DNA from: the human T2T-CHM13v2.0 reference genome, Homo sapiens
Strand: one strand, 5' to 3'
Length of the DNA stretch: 64,000 bases
Assembly (NCBI RefSeq): GCF_009914755.1
Contig: NC_060925.1
The notes under the pieces are model-generated. The model had not been told where the DNA came from and ran no database searches. It saw only the letters and a program-made list of their open reading frames with translations. Numbering within the stretch: position 1 is the first letter of the stretch; each line of letters begins with the position of its first letter. The position numbers were made by a program, and so were the translations under genes. Below, piece after piece: positions 1 through 16,099 of the stretch.

Positions 1-633
1 GACTTCTCTTTCTTCTCTCCCCAGCCTGGGTCCCGGGGTCCCCTTTTTACCTCAGAATCGCTTTATCTCAATCCTGCCATCTTCCCAATGCCTGGAGAAA
101 GTCACAAAAGTGCTCTCCACTGCTGCCAGGCCTCTGATGTTACAGCTCCTGGGCAGTCCTTTCCTTTACCTCAGTGATGTCACCCTCCCACTTCTGACAG
201 GCTCTGCTCCATACAGTGAGGTCTTCTCTCAGAGAGGACCTTACCACCTCTCAACAAGAGTGAGACTGTTCAGTCTGAAGCCCCTCAGCATCTCCTTTCT
301 CCATCTCTGCCTTTCTGTTTCTTGCAGAAGCCAACTCCTCATGTGTGCTTATGTTCCCAGAGAGCCTCCAGCTCCCCAGGGTAGGGATTTATCAGAGGAG
401 TCTATTTTCAGACTTCCCTTCGTCTGTTCTCCTTTTCCTCAGAGTGTCCTTAATGGAACACCCACACCTCTCCTCTAGTACTGAGTCTGTTGAATCAGGA
501 TCTCTGGAGGTTTGCAGGGCGGAGAGTCTCTGTTTTTATCAGTCTCCTCAAGGCCTCCAGTGGGGAGTCAGATTCAGAGACGGCTGCCTCAGGGACCCTC
601 TGGGCCCCTCTTCTTCACACTACCCCTCAGTAG

Positions 634-996
<363 letters not shown>

Positions 997-1662
997 TAAC
1001 TCTGTGGTTTTCCATCTGGTTCCTGCATTTCTGCCCAGCTCCTTTAAATTTATATTAATAATTGTAATTATCAGGTTGCTTTGGTTTTGTAGTCTTATTG
1101 GCTCCTGCTTTGCAGTGTCATCAGTTTCATCTTTACAAACTCTGATGCTCTAACTTTCTTGCATAAACAGCAGCAATTGCTCTTCTTTCCTTGCACAGAG
1201 GTAGGAGTGTTCTCAATATGACCACCATCTGGTTTCCCAGCCTAGGTTTTCACAAATCTCCTATACATGATTTATGTGGCCCCTGAAATGCCTGGCGTAC
1301 AATTGCTCAGACCATGTTCTTTTTGGATTTTGTTATTGGGCCTCATCTTATTGCCCCTGCCTTAGAAGTACACCTCCCAATTCAGTCTTTGGTCAACTGA
1401 AATTTATTCTTTGTCAAAGACCCTTTCCCACAGTTTATTCCCTGCAACGTTTTATGAATTGTTGCCTGAACTAGATGTTCGGTTCTAACAATATATATTA
1501 CACATGATGCCAAGCACTGTTCTGAGTCATGGTCATATAAGGTGATTGGGAAATGATCCTCACCCCCCCACCAGTGTTCCCAACCATTTTTCCCTTCTCT
1601 AGTCTCCCATAGCTTTCTCTCCCCGCACTATGATTGTTTTTTCATTTTCAGCTGTATTTTAG

Positions 1663-1965
1663 GTTTTTTGTTTTGTTTTGTTTTTTGAGAAAGAGTCTCA
1701 TTCCGTCACCCAGGCTGGAGTGCAGTGCTGTGATCTCTGTTCACTGTAGCCTCTGGCTCCTGGATTCAAGTGATTCTCGTGCCTCAGCCTCCCGTGTAGC
1801 TGCAGTTACAGGCATGTACCACCACACCGGCTAATTTTTGTATTTTTGATAGAGATGGGGTTTCATCATGTTGGTAGGCTGGTCTTCAACTCCTGGCCTC
1901 GAGTGATCTGCCCGCCTCGGCCTTCCAAAGTGCTGGGATTAAAGGCATGAGCCACCATGCCCCAC
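1663..1965 (-). mobile_element. Alu (AluJ/S)
   Basis: Antisense Alu dimer with (GTTTT)n tail. Confidence 0.88.
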
Positions 1966-2230
1966 TTTATTTTAGGTTTTTGAGAGGAGATAATTTGTCA
2001 AACCCAGCACTCTGCCTACCACAAAAGTTGATGTGCAGGATATATTTACGGAATAATTTAACATATCCCTCTACCTCCCTGCCCCAGCAACTTGGAAGGT
2101 CAATGAACATGTGCTGAATTAACCCCACTCTTGCTGTGTGTGTATTCTTCTCTCATACAACCAAAACCTAACTTTTGTTAATTAGGGTTCAGCATTAGCC
2201 ATTTGAATAGCAGAATTCTAAGTTATGTAG

Positions 2231-2543
<313 letters not shown>

Positions 2544-3596
2544 GTTATCCTTTTTGTTTGTTTGTTTTCTGTTCACCTACAGATCACTTTTTAGGGTTGA
2601 AAAGCCCATGTGCAGAAGACTACAACAGAAAAGATGGTAGGAGTGTGTTGGTTTTGGAGTAACTCTAGTGAGGTGATGAATGTAAATTTAAAATCTTAAG
2701 TATACGAAACAGGTTACTAATACATTTGAGAAACAATAAAGGTGCTGCTTATTTATCTTTTACCATGTGCTAGAATTGTGCTAAGTGCTTAGCATATATT
2801 AGCTCATTTAAACCTAGTACTAATCCTGAGAGGTATGTTCATTATATTGATGAAGGCCTTGAGGATCAGAATTGTGAAATAACCTGCTAAAATCAGAGAG
2901 CTAATAGATAGTGTAGCCAGGATTCCCATATAGGTTTCTTTGATCCCACAACCCATGTTTTCTATGCTGTTTTGCCTCTCTAGATAAAAGCAGAAACTCT
3001 CACATTGTAAAGTTAATGCTTACCTAAAATGTATATTTTGAAAGTTATTAAACTTTTACTGACCCATATGAAAATGCCTAAGTCAGTGAGTGAGTGAAGG
3101 AATGAATGAGTGAGAGAAAGAGTGAATGAAAGAATAGGGTAGATTGGAAGTACCATATGTACTAGTCTGTCAGATATCCTAATACACTGAAAATCAGATA
3201 TTTGTGGTGGTATATTTGTGGGAAAATTATCTTAAAAGGATTAAAAGTCCATTAAAAATGCAAACAAATGAAGTAGTGGTAATGTAAAAACATTGAGGGG
3301 ATAATGAGCTTATATACAAGATTTTTAAAAATGGATACTTAAAAGTTCATCAGTCAGTAGAGTAATAAGATGCTGTTGTAGTTCATTTTGGCCTCACTTC
3401 CTTATCTCCTTCTTTAAAAGTCCTTCCTCAGTACCTCTTGAGTAGTGGTTATTTATTCCTATTACAATGTATTTCCTTTCATTTATTTTATCTTTTTAGA
3501 CTTTGGAGACTAGGTCCATTTTATTAAGCTTCAAGAGATTGAATGAAGAACAATCACTCCCCCATTTACCTACCTCCATTTACTTTGCCATTTAAT

Positions 3597-3900
3597 CTCT
3601 TTTATTTATTTTTTTGAGGCATGGTCTTAGCCTGTTGCCCAGAATGGAGTACAGTGGCGCACAATCAGGGCTCACTGCAGCCGTGACCTCCTGGGCTCCA
3701 GTGATCCTCCTGCCTCATCCTCCCAAGTAGGTGGGACCACAGGTGCATGCTACCATACCTGGCTGATTTTTGTATTTTTTGTAGAGACAGAGTTTCACCA
3801 TGTTGCCCAGGCTGGTCTTGAACTCCTGGGCTCCAACAGTCTGCTTGCCTTGGCCTCCTAAAGTGTCGGGATAACAGGCATGAGCCACTGTGCCTGGACT
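3597..3900 (-). mobile_element. Alu (AluJ)
   Basis: Antisense Alu dimer. Confidence 0.88.
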
Positions 3901-5078
3901 AATTTCTTTTAAAAGGGTGCCATTACATCCCATGAAGTGCTGGGAAGAACACTGGGGGTCTTAGCACTGAGAATGTAAATGCTTATTTGAATTCTGTTTT
4001 CAGTGTAATACTCAGCCTTGTACTCTGCCTGGTGTTCCCCTGTCCATTGAACCTCTTGTTGCCCTCTCCAGAGAATAAATCTCTAGTCTTCTGTTGGGGT
4101 TGGGGAATGGCAACTGCCCATCTGCATTGTCTGAGGAAGGGGATCTGGGGGTCTGTCTTAGTATTGCCTTCACCTGTCTACATTGCCATCAAATCCTGAG
4201 TCCTTAGGGGATTCCACACTGTAACTCAGCTTGCCAGGTTAGGATTTAGCTTAATTCATTCTGTTTTTATTTTCTAAAATTTGTTGCTGTTTTCTCTGAA
4301 TTCATAAGAAAGTTTTAAAAGGTTTGAAAGAAAAGCAATACAGAGAAGCTTAACTCTAACATGAAAAATTTATAACTAATGGCAACATTGGGAAAAAGCA
4401 AGATTGGCAGCATATGAAAGTAAGAACATTGCACAAATGGGCATATTTAGTCAGAATTCTTAGGAGATGAACTGCTAAACATCGGTTTCAGAATCCTACA
4501 TAATGATTTGTGAGTGTGTGTATGCCCAAAGAACATTGAATTTGTAGGCGAAATTTTAAGTACACAGAAAAGTGTAAAGCATTTATAAAGTGAATACACT
4601 GTGTAACTAGCATCCAAATCAAGTAACAGGAGGTTACTAGCAACCCAGAAGCCCCTTTCTAGTTCCTGACAACCCTCCAACCTCTACTAAGAATAACTAA
4701 TGACCCAATGTTTTACACTGTAGATTCATTTTGTTCATTTTTGAATTTTGTATAAATGGAATCATTTAGTATATGATCTTTTGCTCTCATTTATTTTGCC
4801 CAAATTTATGTTTGTGAGACCCATTGTGTGGTAGTTGTAGTTCATTCTTTCTCATTCCTATATAGTATTCCATTAAGGGAATATACTAATTTAGTTTTTT
4901 CATTTTGGCAGACATTTCCAGTTTGGGTCTGCTATGAAAAGTACTACTATGAATATTCCCATATGTGTCTTTTGGTGCCCATGTGAACATATTTCTGTTG
5001 GTTATATACATATTTCTGTTGGTTATATATGTTAAAAATTACTGGGTCACATGGTATGTGCATATTGAGCTTTAATAG

Positions 5079-5490
<412 letters not shown>

Positions 5491-5802
5491 GTCATTTAAA
5501 TTTTAGCCATTCTAGTTAGTGTATCTGTCACTGTGGTTTGCATTTGAATTTTCATGATGACTGTGAGGTTAAGCACCTAGTCATAAGTTTATTGGGTATT
5601 TGTATGTAGTCTTTTGTGAGAGGCCTGATTATGACCAGCACTTTTATCTAGACTTTCCCAGCCACCAGAACCATAAGATACAAATATGTATTGTTTAAGC
5701 TATCTGGTCTATGCTATTTTGTTACAGCAGCCTGAGCTTACTAAGGCAGAGGGGAAGTGCTATTGTACCAGTACCAAACATAGGCCTAAGAGCACTGTGT
5801 CA

Positions 5803-6105
5803 TTGTTGTTTTTTTTTTTTTTTGAGACAGAGTTTCATTATGTTGCCCAGGCTGAGATGCAGTGGCATGATCTGGGCTCACTCTAACCTCCACCTTTCGG
5901 GTTCAAGCAAATCTCCTGCCTCAGGCTCCTGAGTAGCTGGGATTATAGGCGCCCACTGCCACACCCAGCTAATTTTTGTAGTTTTAGTAAAGATGGGGTT
6001 TCACCATGTTGGCTAGGCTGGTCTTGAACTCCTGACCTCAAGTGATCCACCCGCCTCGGCCTCCCAAAGTGCTGGGATTACTGGTATGAGCCACTGCCTC
6101 TGTCT
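5803..6105 (-). mobile_element. Alu (AluSx-like)
   Basis: Full antisense Alu. Confidence 0.9.
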
Positions 6106-7026
6106 GAGCATTGTATGTTAAAACAACACACGTATATATCTTACAGTTCTGGTGGCTGGAAAAGTCAAGATAAAGGTGCCAGCAGATTGCCAAATTTTCA
6201 GCTGCGTTTTCTGCCTTTTTTGTACTGATTTGTAGATTTTCTTAGAGATTTATATTGAGTCCTTTGAATGTATGTATTGGAAAAATCTTCTGTCAATGTG
6301 GTTTATATTTTCACTTTCTTAATGGTGTCTTTGGATGAACCGAAATTCTTTAATGCAGTCTACTTTATTGATTTGCTTCACAGTTCCTACTTTTTGAGTA
6401 CTGTTTAAGAATTCTGTTTGCGTCAATATCGTGATATTACTTTATGTAGGTTTTCTTCTGAAAGCTTTGTTTTAGAGTATATTGATTTTTAAAAAATTTA
6501 AATGCATTTGTTCACATATCAGCCTGATCTATTGAAAAACACTTAAACACTTAAATAAGCTTAAATAATAACTTTTCCACAAACTATCTATGTGATCTTC
6601 GGCAAGGCAGTTAGCATTTTTTGTTGTTGTTGTTTATTTTTAAATTATTACCTTTCCTATGGTGCTGAAGGGCAGTTAGCATTTGAACTTAATTTCTTTA
6701 ACTATAGTATGATAATAATAATATCCATCTTAGAGTATTGTTGTAAGCATCATGACTATCTAAATGTTAGCTATTATTAAAAAGTCAGCTATTAGCAAAG
6801 ACATTTTCAGAGACAATTGGAGATACTTAGATATAGATTGGATGTTAGATGACAGTAAGGAATTATTAATTTTGTGTTGTGTAGGAAAATGTCCCCATTA
6901 GGAAATGCATCATGAAAAATTAAGAGGTGAAGTAAAATGTCTCAATTCATTCTTTAAAAGTTCAGCAAAAACAATAAAATCCCAAATATCTAGATAAAGC
7001 AAACTTGCAAAATGTTTCAAATTATT

Positions 7027-7328
<302 letters not shown>

Positions 7329-7843
7329 AAATTATTGAATTTATACATTAGATATGTAGATATTCATCATGTGAAATTCTTTCAGCTTTTTTGGTATGTT
7401 TGAAATTTTCATAATAAAATATTCAAGGAAAGTTAGTAATGAATCTATAGCATTCCTATTATTTAACATTTTCTCCAAAGCTAAAGGTGCAGAAGGACCT
7501 AATTAAATGGATTTGAGTCACTTAGCCTGTTCTGCCTGGGAAAGGAGATTAAAATGAATTTAAAATAAAATGTGAACTATATCCCTGCATACTTGAGTGG
7601 GATAAAGCTGAGCCATAAAAATCCAGGTTTTACTGGGTGTAGAAAAAAGGAGAAGGTGAGGAAGGGGTATGAGATGTACTGAGTGCTGTTAAGGGTCAGA
7701 TACTCTGCTGGGTGCTGTAAATATCACCTATCATTCATAAAGCAATTCTACGAGGTAAGCAATATTAGAAAAGTTTGATATGAAAAGTTTGATAGAAAAG
7801 CTTTGGATAACTTGACTAACACAACTAGTGGATAGTGGAGTGA

Positions 7844-8410
<567 letters not shown>

Positions 8411-8427
8411 TAATAAACCACCCCAAA

Positions 8428-8730
8428 CTTTTTTCTTTTTTCCTGAGACAGGGTCTTGGTGTATTGCCTAGGCTGGGGTGCAGTGGCATGAATGTGGCTC
8501 ATTACAGCTTCGACTTCCTGGGCTCAAGCAATCCTCCTGCCTCAGTTTCCTGAGTGGCTGGGACCACAGGCACACACCATCATGCCTGGCTATTTTCTTT
8601 AATTTTTTTTTGTAGAGATGGGGTCTCATCATGTTGCCTAGGCTGGTCTCAAACTCCTGGGCTCAAGTGATCCTCCTGCCTTGGCTTCCCAAAGTACTGG
8701 GAATATAGGTGTGAGCCATTAGACCCAGCC
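8428..8730 (-). mobile_element. Alu (AluJ)
   Basis: Antisense Alu dimer interrupting an MLT1 LTR. Confidence 0.87.
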
Positions 8731-8769
8731 AGTTTTTTTATTTTTTATTTTTATTATTTTACACTGTGT

Positions 8770-9680
8770 TGAGATAACCACCCCCAAAATTAGTGGCTTA
8801 AGACAGCATACATTCAGGTCACAATTCTGCTGGCAGTAATTTAAATGGGCTCAGAGGGCAGTTCTTCCAGTCTGGGCCAACCTCAGCTGTTGTCATTGGG
8901 GCTCACTCAAACGTATGAGGCATCAGCTGGGATGTCAGGATCAGCTCCTCCATGTGGCCTCCCATCCTACAGCAGACTAGCTTGGGCTTGTTCTCTTGGA
9001 GAAGGAGAAGAGGAGCCAAGAGAGCAAGCAGAAATCCACAATGCTCTTGGGCCTGTGTCTGGAGCTGGTAAAACAGTACTTCCCCTCTGCCTCAGTCAGC
9101 TCAGGCTGCTGTCACAGAACATCATAGACTGGATAGCATAAACAACACACACTTATATCTCACCATTCTGGTGGCTGGGAAAGTCAAGATAAAGGTGCTG
9201 GCAGATTCAGTTGCTATGAGGACCCTTATCCTGGCTTGCAGAAGGCTGCTTGCTGTCTTCTCATTGAGTCCTCACATGGGGGTAGATGGGGTGTGTGTGA
9301 GAGAGAGCCAGAGAGACAGTGAGCACATGCTCTGGTGTTTCTTCTTTTCCTTATAAGGACACTAATCCCATGATGGGGGCCCTACCCACATAACCTCATT
9401 TAAACGTAATCATCTTCCAAAGGCCCCCATCTCCAAATACTACCACACTGGGAGTTAGGCCTTCAACATAGGAATTTTGGAGGGACACAGACACTCCCCA
9501 ACACCCTCTATTGTACAAAGCAAGTCACAAGGCCAGCCCAGATTCAAGGAGTGAAGAAGTGTACCCTACCTCTTGGTGAGAAGAAATATAAAATAATATT
9601 GCATTGTGATATGGGTGGCAGCAAGTGAGGGTGAGTGGGATGAATGTTTGCAGCCATTTTTGCAAACATTTTTTCATAAC
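8770..9680 (-). mobile_element. Nested MaLR LTRs (younger MLT1 at ~9085-9500 inside an older MLT1)
   Basis: MLT1 motifs TTAGTGGCTTAAGACAGCA, TTCTGGTGGCTGGGAAAGTCAAGAT, TATAAGGACACTAATCCCAT, GCAAGTCACAAGGCCAGCCCAGATTCAAGG. Confidence 0.65.
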
Positions 9681-10509
9681 ATACAAAAATAAACATCTAC
9701 TTTAAGTCATTTCTAATACCATTATCAAGAGCTAATTATTGTTAATATGTTGGTCTATGCACAAATAGGGGCAGATATGCACGTACAGAGGCATAGTTTT
9801 GTCTGTACACATACAGAGGCAGATTGCTTTTAAGAATATAATTTTCATTTAGAATCAAACTTATGTTCTATTAGTGTATTTTCCCAGGTATTAAATTTTC
9901 CTTGAAAACATGTTTACCCTATGATGCAAAGGAAATCAACATAAATTACTATGTTCCAGGCATTGTGCTAAGCACTTTCACTCAGTTATCTTAACTAAAA
10001 AACAAGTTTCTTGTTAATTTGCAGGGTTAATTTGCATCAAAACAAGGAATTCATTTGTTGCTACAAAGAAAAAGCAATGAAAGGACTTTGTGAAAAGGTT
10101 CAGAGAAAATGATAATGGTTAAGACATATCAGCAATACCCATTTTTCTCTTGAAACCTGACTTGTGAACTATAACAGAAAATACAGAAGATAAATCCTTG
10201 TACCTATTGCCCACCAATCCAGTCTTTCCATTTTATAGGTGAAGTCATGTCATTATTTATGTATTTGTTTGATTTGGCTGTATTTCAGGATCATGTTGAA
10301 CATCAGTTCTTATTGTATGGGTAACATAAATAAGAAGCAGAAAATGTAGAGGGCAAAGGCCAAAGTTTGATCCTGGGCTTGGGACTGATTAGTTGTTGAC
10401 TATGAAAAAAAAATCACTTAATTTTTTTGAGTTCAATTTTATCATCTGTAATTACAAAAGCTTCAATCTTCTTAAAATTGGTGTGAAGATTGACTACAGC
10501 ATTTTATAT

Positions 10510-10820
10510 CTGCACTGTCTGATGTAGTAGCCACTGGCTATAAGTGGCTATTGAGCATTTGAAATGTGGCTAGTCCAATTGAGATGTGCTGTAAGTATAA
10601 AATACACAGTAGATTTTGAACACTTAGGTGGAAAAATATATAAAATATCTTATTGATTACATGTTGAAATGGCAATATATTGTACCCATTGAGTTAAATA
10701 AAGTGTTATTAAAATTAATTCACTTGTTTATTTTTTAAATTCACTTGTAAAAATTTATTTTGGCTGCTGGAAATTAAAATATTACACATATGGCTCACAT
10801 TATATTTCTGCTGGACAATG
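10510..10820 (-). mobile_element. MER33 (hAT-Charlie DNA transposon relic)
   Basis: GTAGCCACTGGCTATAAGTGGCTATTGAGCATTTGAAATGTGGCTAGTCCAATTGAGATGTGCTGTAAG ... CATATGGCTCACATTATATTTCTGCTGGACA. Confidence 0.75.
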
Positions 10821-12581
10821 TTTTGCTTAAAAAATGTTCTCTGTACAATATAGAGTACAGCATAAATGTTAGTTATAGCCAGAAAAAAAGTATAGGAGGT
10901 TTAGTTGAATATGTAAGGATTCTAAGTGGTAGCATGATGCTTATTATTTTTGCTACATTTATAATGTAAGCTTTTATTTAGGCATCTGAAGTTTTTCTTT
11001 TTATGTGTTATAGAGAAGTAGGGATGGAAGTGCTAATCCAATTATGTGAGGAAATCATAATAACTTCAGTGTATTGAGCTACAGTGATGCAGGCATTGTG
11101 TTAAGTACTGTATTAGGCAGGATTCCTTTGATTACAAGTGACAGAGATGCAATCTGAATTAACTAAATTGAAAAAGGGGGATCTTGTAATTGTATGAAGC
11201 ATGGGAGTGCATCTGGGTCTCCTGAATTTCTAGAATATAAACACTGTTTTTCCTATATACCTATCTTCCTCTCTCAAATTTACTTCTCCCTCCTCAGCAG
11301 CATTGTTCTCTCAGATCACTTGTCTCCATATGTCAGAAAGAATGGCTCCTTCAACCTCTGTGTGTCATCTTTGCTCTAGGGAAGGATAGACTCAGACTTG
11401 CTCTTTCTGGTTTTAAATGGAAAAGTCCTGTGAAAAAGCCATGGTTGACCTAGCTTGGTTATAGGTACCTATCCCTGGGCTATGGCAGCTCTAACCCAAC
11501 CACAGAAGAGAATTTCCCAGAAAAAGGGACCATTCTTCTTGGTTGATAAAAGAATAAATGTACACTATAGCTACTCTAGCTAATTTAATATGTACAGCCA
11601 ATCAGTAGGGTAGTACCTCAATGAACAAATGAGAAACTGAGACTCAGAAAAGTTATGTATTTCATTCAAGTTCAAATATCCAGGCTGGAAGTCTGGGTCT
11701 GTCCATCTCCAAAGCCCATGTTCTTAACTACCACACTGAGAAAGTTCTAGTAAATGGGGTTTGTGTCGACTTAAGTTTTACTGAATTATTTAATAGGTCT
11801 TTGCTATTTTTTTCCTCCTATCATTGCTTCCCATTGAAAGTTAAGATAGATTGAGGACAAGGGAACTGGCCCCATGGTAATACTCAGTAAATCCTTATGG
11901 AATTGAAAACCAACACCACTATGCTCTCCAATCTTGTGACCAAGGCTATAAAGGCGTTAGAAAAGCACTGCTATCATTATCTTTGTACCATGAGCTTAAG
12001 ACATAGTTACCACTACTTGGACATTTCCTTTTTGTAATTTGCAGTCTTCTGCCTTCTTTTGAAAACTTCTTATTTTTCACCAACACATGGTTCCCTATAG
12101 TCTATACCACATGGGCATAGAGATTTCAGAGGCAAAGATGAAAGAGTCATACTCTGTTATTCATAAATAAAATATAGCCAAAGGGAATTTTAAAAAATGA
12201 TGATCTGTAAGTCTTTCAGAAAAATGGTCTGGAGTTTGTCAGTCTCCTACTCGGATCAAAAATAAAGTCAAAGTTTTCAACTAAAATAATTGCAATAGGC
12301 TACAAATCTGTTTGTCTACTTTAATACAGTAGAAATGGAAAGTAGAAGTAAGTGACAACTTTATTGGCTGAATTCATATTAAGCAGTGTGATGGAATGCT
12401 GAGAACTCTGACCCGGACTGGTCAGAAAACCAGTCTCCTATATGTAGCTCTGTGACCTTAATCAGTAATAAGTACAAAGGCTAACTAACCTTCATTGGGT
12501 GCTAAACAGCGTAGAACATCTTTTCATAGGTTGTTGACTGACTCTGCCCAGTGGCAGTAGTTATTCATTCATTCGACACAT

Positions 12582-12880
12582 CTTTTTTTTTTTTTTTTTT
12601 TGAGACGGAGTCTAGCTCTGTCACTCAGGCTGGAGTGCAGTGGCGCGATCTTAGCTCACTGCAACATCCACCTTCTGGGTTCAAGCAATTCTCTGCCTCA
12701 GCCTCCTGAGTAGCTGGGATTAAAGGCGCACGCCACCACGCCTGGCTAATTATTTGTATTTTTATTAGAGACGGGGTTTCACCATGTTGGCCAGGCTGGT
12801 CTTGAACTCCTGACCTCGTGATCCACCTGCCTCGGCCTCCAAAAGTGCTGGGATTACAGGAGTGAGCCACCACGCCCAGC
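12582..12880 (-). mobile_element. Alu (AluS) inserted in an L2 (~12560-13375)
   Basis: Full Alu with TSD-like CATTC..CACATCTTT; L2 3'-end text (TTCATTCATTC) in the flanks. Confidence 0.88.
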
Positions 12881-13501
12881 CTCATTCAGCACATCTTTAT
12901 CAGGCATCTACCCTGTGTCAGGCATGGAGTTAGGTACCAAATATGGTTCTGCTATCATGGAGCTTACAGTCTGGTGTGGGAAGTCATACATGTAAACAGG
13001 CAATTTCAGTGTAGCATGTTGTAAGTGCTATGTTAGAAGAAGTAGACTGTTCTATGGGACCTCATAAAATGATATCAAACGTGGTTTTGAGAAATTGGAT
13101 GGTTTCCTGGGACATGCTGTCCATTTAGGGATCTGAAGGGCAGGCTGGGATTGGCCAGGTGGGGGATCACAACAAAGCTCTTTGTCTGGACTTAGAAAGA
13201 GGTTGGGAAGGGGGAAGTGGTGAAGGCTGAGGGCTGAGTCTTGAGGGAAATTAGCTGGTCCTAGAATGCAGAGTCCATTATGCTGACTACCTTTGACTGA
13301 GGGTGATAGGAAACCCTTGAATAGTTTTAAGCAACTGAGTCACATAATTAGATCTGCATTTTAGAAAGCTGAGATGTGAATCAATTTTTTCATTTTTCTG
13401 TCTTGATTTTCTTATCTTTAAATTGAAAGGGATAGTCTACCCTTTATAACTCTGTCCAGCTTTAGTAGTCCATACATTTCTCCTATTTTGGCAAAACTTA
13501 A

Positions 13502-14211
13502 TGAAACTGCCTTTGCAAAAATTATAACAGTGAGAAAATTATGACAGTGACAGATCTGACTTAATGACTCCATTTTGCTATTCTAACCTTCAAGCTGCCC
13601 TTGTTCATTGTTGGGCGCAGGCTGAACTAAGTTTGGGAGGAACTTAGTTTAACCTTGAAACAAAGATGATAACAGCCCTTCTTGCCTGAAACCAGACTGC
13701 CCATGTAGGACTAATAAATTAGCTGCAAGATTGGAAATGTAGGTTTAGGAGTCCTGTAGCCGGAGGCTGCAAGTTCTGAACCTCCCCCATTGCTCCTTGG
13801 GGTAACATCATTATTGTGAAACCTAAGATTGGTCTGAGATGTTTTTCAGACCTTGCATTCTGAGGCACCAGCTGGCGCCACCCAGACTGGTAATCTGGCA
13901 CAACCAGTTCTGCAGTGCCTCCCAGGAACAGAAGACAGCAAGAAGAACCCACTTTAACCCCCTATGATTCCATCTGTGACCCAATCAATCAGCACTCCCC
14001 ACTCCCTGGCTCCCCCTACGTGCCAAATCATCCTTTAAAAAAAACCCTAGTGTCTGAATTTTCCAGGGAGACTGAATCGAGTAATAAAACTCTGATCTCC
14101 CATTCAGTTGGCTCTGTGTGAATTACACTCTTTCTCTATTACAATTCCCCTGTCTTGATAAATTGGCTCTTATCTGGGCAGTGGGCAAGGTGAACTAGTT
14201 GGATGATTACG
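13502..14211 (+). mobile_element. Solo ERV1 LTR (LTR8 family)
   Basis: Starts TGAAACTGCCTTTGCAAAAATTATAAC, contains AATAAA (~14083), ends GGGCAAGGTGAACTAGTTGGATGATTAC; ~710 bp. Confidence 0.8.
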
Positions 14212-14590
14212 TTACTTCCATGCTGATTTTGAGATCTGTTGGGCAGCAAGGCCTAAGATTACAACTAGTACTTGAAAATGAGGCAAGTTTTGTGGGTCTA
14301 GGGTGGGTGAAGGTGGGAGGTGAGGTGAGGACAAGAAGCTGAATGAATGATGTGTTGTTTTTACTGGGAAAAAAGGAAATGGGAAGGTATGCAGTTTCCT
14401 TTGACAGTCTCCTGAAGAGAAACTGGTTAGGAAATAGCTTTGGCCTCTCAGCAAGCAGGTGGAATGGTACTTTGCCACAATTCTAGTACAGATGAAATCT
14501 GATAGTTACTTCCCCCAAATTATGAAGTCTGGAATTTGCTTAACGGTAGTAGTTAGGGGTCTATACATATGAAAAAAGACTGACCATGAC

Positions 14591-15045
14591 TTTTTTTTTT
14601 TAACCGTTCAAAGTGTTTGTTAATTATTTATTAAGATAAACAATTTCTTAGCCCACATATTCATGTTTCACAGATAGTTCAGGAACACAGGTACAGTGAC
14701 AAACTTCTATGTAATTCAACCCAAAGAAATACTTTATGTTCCAAAATCACTTTGTACTCTGAGAGATATTAGCCTTCCTCATCTCAAATTCTTTAATTCA
14801 ATTATAATTTCTGTAGAAATCTGCATATGCCTTCTTTCTTGGTCAGGCCACAGCAAACTTACAGAGAGCTGCAACCCCAGGGTTATAAGGAATGCTCCAA
14901 CAATATGAAATGACAGATGCTTGGCCAGAAGGCCACACATCCCAGGTTACACCAAGGCACTGAGAGCCATGGTAGTTATTGTCCTTGACAGGGATGTCAG
15001 CATCAACACTAATGTCTTTCCCGGATGATGGAGAAATGGACCAAC
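14591..15045 (-). pseudogene. COX6C processed pseudogene (CDS remnant 14970->14747)
   Basis: Minus strand reads MALSALV*PGMCGLLAKHLSFHIVGAFLITLG / (1-nt frameshift) [41 protein letters not shown]. Intronless, with COX6C-like 5'UTR (TCAAGGACAATAACTACC-ATG), AATAAA (TTTATT 14627-14632 on +) and poly(A) (T-run 14591-14601). Confidence 0.92.
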
Positions 15046-15696
15046 TTGATAAGTATTGATGCTGAGTGATACATACAAAGAAGTCCATTATATGATTTTC
15101 CCTACTTTTGAATATGTTTGAAAATTTCCCTAATAGAAAGTAAAAAGATAGAATAATAAAATAAAAATACCCCCACTTATTACCTAAGTTTTCTTTTAGC
15201 ACAAATGGAAAATAAGTCAGACTCTCTCATTTGGCCATATTGAAGCTAATAGTCTCAGAACCACTGTGTCATAACACTGACATTTTGCTTAAAGCTCTGT
15301 ATCACCTTTAATGGCTTAAAATATTCTAGACTGTATTGAGATCATGCAAGTAGATCAAAGAAAGAGAATTACACGCAAAGGAAGGGATAGCTGTACTAGG
15401 GAGTTCACTGGTAACAGAGTCAGGGGTCCACAGCTCTGGGCTGGGTCTGTCCTGAAAGGCAGTCTCTGGATAGCAGGATGAGATGGAGTGATCACTGGCT
15501 TTGGAGTCAGACACAATAGACTGAGCTATGTTGAAGGACAATGACAAATAACACAATAGATAGCATTCATTGAACCCTCACTATATGCCAGGCCTTATGC
15601 TAAGCTCTTTATGTACTTTATGTTATGCAATTTTAATAACTACCCTGTTTTTATTAGTATTTTATGGATGAGAAAACACAGGTTTAGAGGTTATCA

Positions 15697-16083
<387 letters not shown>

Positions 16084-16099
16084 TTAATGGTGGTAGGTT

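Noticed and set aside
14843-15202. 119-aa minus-strand ORF ending [11 protein letters not shown]
   Set aside because: Chance ORF running from L1 sequence into the disabled COX6C pseudogene; only the last residues are in the COX6C frame.
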